IMG/VR virus record: IMGVR_UViG_2675903368_000004
Length of the DNA: 12,577 bases
Strand: one strand, 5' to 3'
From: a virus
Lineage: Duplodnaviria > Heunggongvirae > Uroviricota > Caudoviricetes
Part shown: piece by piece, positions 7,565 through 12,577 of the stretch
Layout of the letters: the number at the start of each line of letters is the position of its first letter
Position numbering within the stretch: the stretch's first letter is position 1
Translations under genes and position numbers: made by a program
The notes under the pieces: generated by a model
The model's input: the letters and a program-made list of their open reading frames with translations, nothing else
Database searches by the model: none
What the model was told of the DNA's origin: nothing

Positions 7565-7578
7565 CACATCCATCCTCA

Positions 7579-8283
7579 TTAACTGACGGTTACAGTGCAG
7601 GAAGTGGAGGTCACTTTGTTAACCGGGCTCGCTGAATCAGAAATCTCGCAGGTATACGCACCGGCATCACCGGATGCTGCTGATGCCTTACTGAACGTTG
7701 CCGCCGTCTGTCCGGAAACAGGAGAACCACCTTTTTTCCAGGCATAAGAATAAGGCGGCACACCACCCACAGCCTCAACCGCCATTTCAAGTTTCGCTCC
7801 GGAAGCAACCCGCAGCGTGCTTTTTAAATCGACCTTCACTTTCAGCGGCTCTGTCGTCAGCACAGGCTTACCTTTCAGGCGCAGAGAAAACGTTGCAGCC
7901 ACAACACCATTGGTTCCTGCAGACCAGGTATGCTGACGCACCTCTGCCATAAAGGTAAATCCGTTGCCTGACGGAAAAATAACTTTAAAGCCATACGTGG
8001 TGTCATTGTCATAGGCACTGCGCAACGCGTTCTGGGCAGCATTCAGATAAAAGTTGCCTGACATGGAAATCTCTGAAGCAGCCCCAAGACCGTTAATATT
8101 TTCCTGCTCAACAGAACACAGCGTGGTGACATCAATATCCTGCTTTTGTCCTGCGGTAAACTGCACCTCTTTGATTGTACAGCTCAGGCCAAGATAGCTG
8201 GCAGAATCCAGGGTTTCTGCTGTTACCGGTGCAGACGAAATCATAATTTTCGTCAGTTGCGAACGCTCAAAATTAGAGGACAT
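7579..8283 (-). CDS. Major tail (tube) protein with C-terminal Ig-like domain
   Basis: 234-aa ORF, ATG 8283 with AGGAG 7 nt upstream; sits upstream of the G/GT chaperone pair; C-terminal ~95 aa (...GGVPPYSYAWKKGG...AGAYTCEISD...) look like a bacterial Ig-like fold, as on lambda gpV. Confidence 0.85.
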   Translation of the reverse strand: MSSNFERSQLTKIMISSAPVTAETLDSASYLGLSCTIKEVQFTAGQKQDIDVTTLCSVEQENINGLGAASEISMSGNFYLNAAQNALRSAYDNDTTYGFKVIFPSGNGFTFMAEVRQHTWSAGTNGVVAATFSLRLKGKPVLTTEPLKVKVDLKSTLRVASGAKLEMAVEAVGGVPPYSYAWKKGGSPVSGQTAATFSKASAASGDAGAYTCEISDSASPVNKVTSTSCTVTVS

Positions 8284-8296
8284 ACTCGTCTCCTGA

Positions 8297-8322
8297 AAAT
8301 AAAAAAACCCGCCAGCGGCGGG
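8297..8322 (-). terminator. Strong intrinsic-terminator-like hairpin immediately upstream of the major tail gene SD
   Basis: Minus-strand RNA CCCGCC-GCU-GGCGGG (6 G:C pairs) followed by UUUUUUUAUUUU, then CAGGAGACGAGU-AUG of the major tail gene. Confidence 0.55.
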
Positions 8323-8343
8323 TGGGTAAAATCATTAATGACC

Positions 8344-8688
8344 TCAGGCTATTACCTGGAATTCAAGCGTGGCTCTGCTCAGACGGGAGTCAGGATCATA
8401 ACCCTGCGTTTTAGAAATAACGGAGGGTGCCAGTTTTCTTACCGCATCAAGCGCCTGCTCACGAATATTATCTGCGTCATCAGGTACTGTCGCCCAGACA
8501 TCGATCTGCACGGTAATTCTGGATTCAGCCTGCCCATCAAGCACATCAGATACCGTGTCAGACACCACAGAAAACACCAGCCACGGCGGAGATACCGCAG
8601 GCTTTCCCTCCGTCAGCGGGACCACATAAGGATAAACCTGTCCTCCGGCCAGCTGAGACAACAGGGAATACAGTGTGGCCTCCCTCAT
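8344..8688 (-). CDS. Tail terminator / tail completion-like protein (assigned by position and size)
   Basis: 114-aa ORF, ATG overlapping the upstream stop (ATGA); last gene before the major tail gene. No sequence family confidently recognised. Confidence 0.6.
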   Translation of the reverse strand: MREATLYSLLSQLAGGQVYPYVVPLTEGKPAVSPPWLVFSVVSDTVSDVLDGQAESRITVQIDVWATVPDDADNIREQALDAVRKLAPSVISKTQGYDPDSRLSRATLEFQVIA

Positions 8689-9131
8689 TTACTTAAGACC
8701 TCATCAATAGCCTGATTCATTCGCTGTATGGCAACCTGCGCCGCCAGCTCCTCTGTCGTATCGAAAGCCGGGCGAATGAATGGATGCGCGGGCATGTTTA
8801 TCGTTCCCAGCTCCACAAAGCGCCAGTAAAATGCATTTCGGGGATCGCTGGCTTTCATGCTGTTATCACTGTTTCCGGTTCGCAGGTTCCGTCCGCGAAT
8901 GTGGACACCCGAGATAATTTCCCCCCGACGCTTTGAACGCTGAGTGAGAACAACCACATTTTTCTTCAGTTTCCCGGTTCGCTCTGGCGCACGTTCAACA
9001 ACTGCATCCCGCATAACTTCAGCACCGGCACGGGTGGCATCGCGCAGAACCTTATTGTTTTCTGCCCTGCTGAGCGTCTCCAAATCCCGTGCAATATCCG
9101 CCAGGCCAGAAAAATCAAGACTGAAATCCAT
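8685..9131 (-). CDS. HK97 gp10-family neck / tail-component protein
   Basis: 148 aa; N-terminus MDFSLDFSGLADIARDLETL...ATRAGAEVMRDAVVERAPERTGKLKKNVVV resembles the HK97 gp10 family pattern (recollection). Start set to ATG 9131 (overlaps upstream TGA as TGATG); the track's 9134 start is a GTG one codon earlier. Confidence 0.7.
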   Translation of the reverse strand: MDFSLDFSGLADIARDLETLSRAENNKVLRDATRAGAEVMRDAVVERAPERTGKLKKNVVVLTQRSKRRGEIISGVHIRGRNLRTGNSDNSMKASDPRNAFYWRFVELGTINMPAHPFIRPAFDTTEELAAQVAIQRMNQAIDEVLSK

Positions 9132-9469
9132 CACACATTCCCCTTCAGGCTGCAGAGTATTTCAAGCCGGGTAGCGCGTGCATCCGGTATTGGTGGACCT
9201 TCTATACCCAGAATGGCCCCTTTAAATGCACCGGTCAGCACTTTTAGACATGAAGTTGCTGTTACATCTCGCCGGAATCTCATCCAGACTCTGACCGTAG
9301 CCTGAGCGGTTTCTGCTCCGCCTGAGATTATCTCCCTCCCGCTGATACCCTTAACTTCTGCCCATACGGTAGCTCCCTCCGTCACCGTCTCCACCGGATG
9401 CCCTGACGGAGAGCGGGCGGTGGTGACATTCAGAATAATTACGCGATCACGTAATCTGCCCGCCTGCAT
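9131..9469 (-). CDS. Head closure / head-tail adaptor protein (assigned by position and size)
   Basis: 112-aa ORF, ATG 9469 with AGGAGG 4 nt upstream; second gene after the capsid gene. Family not confidently recognised from sequence. Confidence 0.6.
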   Translation of the reverse strand: MQAGRLRDRVIILNVTTARSPSGHPVETVTEGATVWAEVKGISGREIISGGAETAQATVRVWMRFRRDVTATSCLKVLTGAFKGAILGIEGPPIPDARATRLEILCSLKGNV

Positions 9470-9477
9470 GCCTCCTC

Positions 9478-9795
9478 CTACAAAGGAATAAAACGATAAG
9501 GCTCCAGCAGAGAAGAAAAACCAAACGGGACTGGTGCCTTGCTGACATCTGAGGAATTTTCCCGGTTTTCGTACCAGTGCCCGACCAGCAACATGAGCGC
9601 CAGCAAAACATCATCAGCTATAAGCACCCCTTCAGGATCACCTTCCGGCACCGTCTCCTCATAAAGCTTACGGTTGATAAAATTTTCTGCCTTGCGGCAG
9701 GCAGCCCGGAAATACAGCATCAGTAACTCATCATCAGTTGCATCATCTGTATCAATACGGCACTGCGCCCTGAGTTTTTCCACTATTGCTGCCAT
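9478..9795 (-). CDS. gp6-like head-tail connector protein
   Basis: 105 aa from ATG 9795 (AGGAG 6 nt upstream): MAAIVEKLRAQCRIDTDDATDDELLMLYFRAACRKAENFINRKL..., acidic N-terminus typical of gp6-like connectors. The 165-aa track ORF starts at a TTG inside the capsid gene and is rejected. Confidence 0.7.
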   Translation of the reverse strand: MAAIVEKLRAQCRIDTDDATDDELLMLYFRAACRKAENFINRKLYEETVPEGDPEGVLIADDVLLALMLLVGHWYENRENSSDVSKAPVPFGFSSLLEPYRFIPL

Positions 9796-9806
9796 CAGAA
9801 ACTCCT

Positions 9807-9850
9807 GCCCGCAACACTGTGCGGGCATAAAAAAACCGCGTCGGCGCGGT
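9807..9850 (-). terminator. Tandem hairpins after the major capsid gene: terminator-like hairpin plus a second GC hairpin abutting the next SD
   Basis: Minus-strand RNA ACCGCG-CCGA-CGCGGU + UUUUUU (9829-9850), then GCCCGC-ACAGUGUU-GCGGGC (9807-9826) immediately 5' of AGGAG-N6-AUG of the connector gene. Confidence 0.6.
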
Positions 9851-9871
9851 CTGTAACTGAACAACGAGTGG

Positions 9872-11089
9872 TTATTTGCCAGTGAGCGCCTTGATGGCTG
9901 CCACATCTTCCAGCACACAGTCAAAACGATGGAAAGCCAGAAATGCCACCTGATCAAACTCAGCATAACGCTCAACCAGACGTTTCAGTTCCATATAAGT
10001 AACGCGGCGAATGATAAAGCGGTTGAAATCCCCCAGGAAAATGAATTTTTTTCCGGTACCAATCCCGTCAATAGCCTGATCAATAACATAAGGGATCCCC
10101 AGCACAGTAGCCGGCGTACCGCCTGCAATATCCGGCAGCCATAACGGGCGTTTCTGTCCATCCTCCATCTCTTCAATAGTCTGCAATGTGGCATCATTGA
10201 ATGCCCAGCGGTATTTCGGCCCACCACGATATGCCGGATCAATGGCATGTTTCAGGGCATTCATTTCTTTCCAGGTGAAAGCGGCAGAGGCTGCAGTCTG
10301 GATGGTTCCCGTCACCGACGCTGCCAGCCCTTTTGGCTGTAACGGTGATCCCGTTCCGGTCCCCTGAACCAGATATTTTGCCTCTCCACGACCAATACGC
10401 TGGGCAATACGGTTTGCCAGATAAGATTCAATATCCACCCCACTGTCCTGGAGCAGCTCATTGGACACACGAATTATTTTTGATGACAGCTTTTTAGCCC
10501 CCAGAATAGCGGTCCCGAACGTCACATCCTGTTCCGTTGCGGCTGTATTTTCCGCCAGCAGTTCGCCCTCTTCAGTCGTGCCATCAGACGTTGACCAGGT
10601 GATATCCTGCCCGGTTGATGTGGTCAGAAGTTGCGCCACACTGGCAATCCCGCCATAAGCCTTCATGGTGTCAATGATTTTGTTACGCATCTGCGTGGGC
10701 ACCGTATATCCGCCCTGAGAATCCGTTGTTACACTCTGAGCCCGCAGTTCACGCATCAGATTACGCTCTTCAGCATTCAGTTCTGCAAATCCGGCACGCA
10801 GAAAACGGTTAAATGCCGCAGCACGCTTCTCTTCCACCGCCTTTTTCCCGTTCTCCGCCTCATTATTCTGGCGCTCTTCCGGCCCGGACTCATCCACATA
10901 TGCCTGATCCTGACGGCGCAACTCTTCTTCACGGGCGATTTGCTCATCCAGCGCATCCAGCTCAGCTTTCGCCCTGTTCCACTCTGCCCGTTGCTCATCA
11001 GTCCATGCGTTATCACCAATTTTTTCATGCAGTGCACGCATATCCTTTGCAATGGTGTTTCGTTTTTGCTTCATCTCATGAAGTTTCAT
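9872..11089 (-). CDS. Major capsid protein, HK97-fold, with N-terminal scaffold-like (delta) domain
   Basis: 405-aa ORF directly downstream of the prohead protease with no separate scaffold gene; first ~115 aa highly charged/coiled-coil-like (MKLHEMKQKRNTIAKDMRALHEKIG...AELDALDEQIAREEELRRQ...), remainder typical in size for an HK97-type capsid. Not identical to HK97 gp5 as I recall it. Confidence 0.88.
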   Translation of the reverse strand: MKLHEMKQKRNTIAKDMRALHEKIGDNAWTDEQRAEWNRAKAELDALDEQIAREEELRRQDQAYVDESGPEERQNNEAENGKKAVEEKRAAAFNRFLRAGFAELNAEERNLMRELRAQSVTTDSQGGYTVPTQMRNKIIDTMKAYGGIASVAQLLTTSTGQDITWSTSDGTTEEGELLAENTAATEQDVTFGTAILGAKKLSSKIIRVSNELLQDSGVDIESYLANRIAQRIGRGEAKYLVQGTGTGSPLQPKGLAASVTGTIQTAASAAFTWKEMNALKHAIDPAYRGGPKYRWAFNDATLQTIEEMEDGQKRPLWLPDIAGGTPATVLGIPYVIDQAIDGIGTGKKFIFLGDFNRFIIRRVTYMELKRLVERYAEFDQVAFLAFHRFDCVLEDVAAIKALTGK

Positions 11090-11103
11090 CGTCAGTAGTA
11101 TCC

Positions 11104-11695
11104 TTATGCATTAAGAAGGGTCAAAAGACGCTCACGCGCCATTCGTTCGTTAACAGCTTTCTTCAGCGCACCACTCGCCCGCGCTTCCTGCCAGGCTTTC
11201 ATTGAGCGGACACCAGAGTCTGCGTCCTGATAGGCCGGATATGTCACCGGGCTGACGTCATACAGACGAGAAATGCGCGTGATTTCCCGGATAACAATCC
11301 CCTCGTCGTCTTCATACCAGCTCTCTCCGTCACGGGCGACACGAAACGCGAACGAGGACTGATTAATGTCACCACGCAACATTGGAGACAGCACCAGGTC
11401 ACAAATAGTCGGAGTATCCGGTGCAACAATGTCATAACGTAAACCGCGTTCATCCACCGACAATGACAACGTGCCGGCAGAACTTCGTCCGAGAATGAAA
11501 TTAGGATCATGATTAAACAAGCCACGTACATCATCATTCAGTACATCATCAAAAGCCCCCGGCTTGATGATTTCACGAAATCCCCACAGAGGTTCTGAAC
11601 GACTGTTAAATACCGAGCCATACCCCAGAATGTGGGTCGGGGCATTATCATATTGTTCCGCCCGCACCTCCCCGCTGTAACAGCGCGTTTCACGG

Positions 11696-11703
<8 letters not shown>
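11104..11703 (-). CDS. Prohead (capsid maturation) protease, HK97 family
   Basis: 199-aa ORF between portal and capsid, ATG with GAGGA 9 nt upstream; ...GYGSVFN...IKPGAFDDVL...GLFNHD...ILG...SPVTYPAYQDA fits the HK97 prohead protease family pattern (recollection). Confidence 0.85.
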
Positions 11704-12575
<872 letters not shown>

Positions 12576-12577
12576 AG

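Noticed and set aside
8146-8715. 189-aa plus-strand ORF
   Set aside because: Antisense across the major tail gene start, the intergenic hairpin and the tail-terminator gene; basic low-complexity translation; no ribosome binding site.
9478-9975. 165-aa version of the connector ORF from the track
   Set aside because: It starts at a TTG inside the capsid gene and overlaps it by ~100 nt; the ATG at 9795 has AGGAG at 6-nt spacing and follows the post-capsid terminator, so the shorter gene is called.
10631-11205. Plus-strand ORFs of 155 and 130 aa over the capsid/protease junction
   Set aside because: Antisense to the capsid and protease genes; no SD and no recognisable domains.

Overview
This 12.6-kb window is one continuous block of a lambdoid siphovirus late (morphogenetic) operon, almost certainly a prophage in an enterobacterial genome, with every credible gene on the minus strand. 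Reading in the direction of transcription (high to low coordinates): HK97-family portal (apparently short), HK97-type prohead protease, HK97-fold major capsid protein with an N-terminal scaffold-like domain, four small head-completion/neck genes, major tail protein with a C-terminal Ig-like domain, tail assembly chaperone G with a -1 frameshift extension (GT), tape measure protein (split across two frames), then a tail-tip module M-L-K-I-J that I recognise as nearly identical to phage lambda, with J running off the window start. I found no tRNA, CRISPR, IS element, integrase, toxin or defence-like cargo; intergenic gaps are at most 76 nt and all plus-strand ORFs in the track are antisense shadows of the minus-strand genes. 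I see no evidence for a novel biological system here. The points worth a second look are the A_AAA_AAG frameshift site, two possible inactivating lesions (tape measure frame break; short portal after an in-frame TAA) that would suggest a decaying prophage, four same-sense intrinsic-terminator-like hairpins inside the operon, and the mosaic junction between the lambda-like tip genes and the non-lambda remainder. All homology statements rest on my recollection of lambda/HK97 protein sequences and on translations I made by hand; no database search or structure prediction was run.
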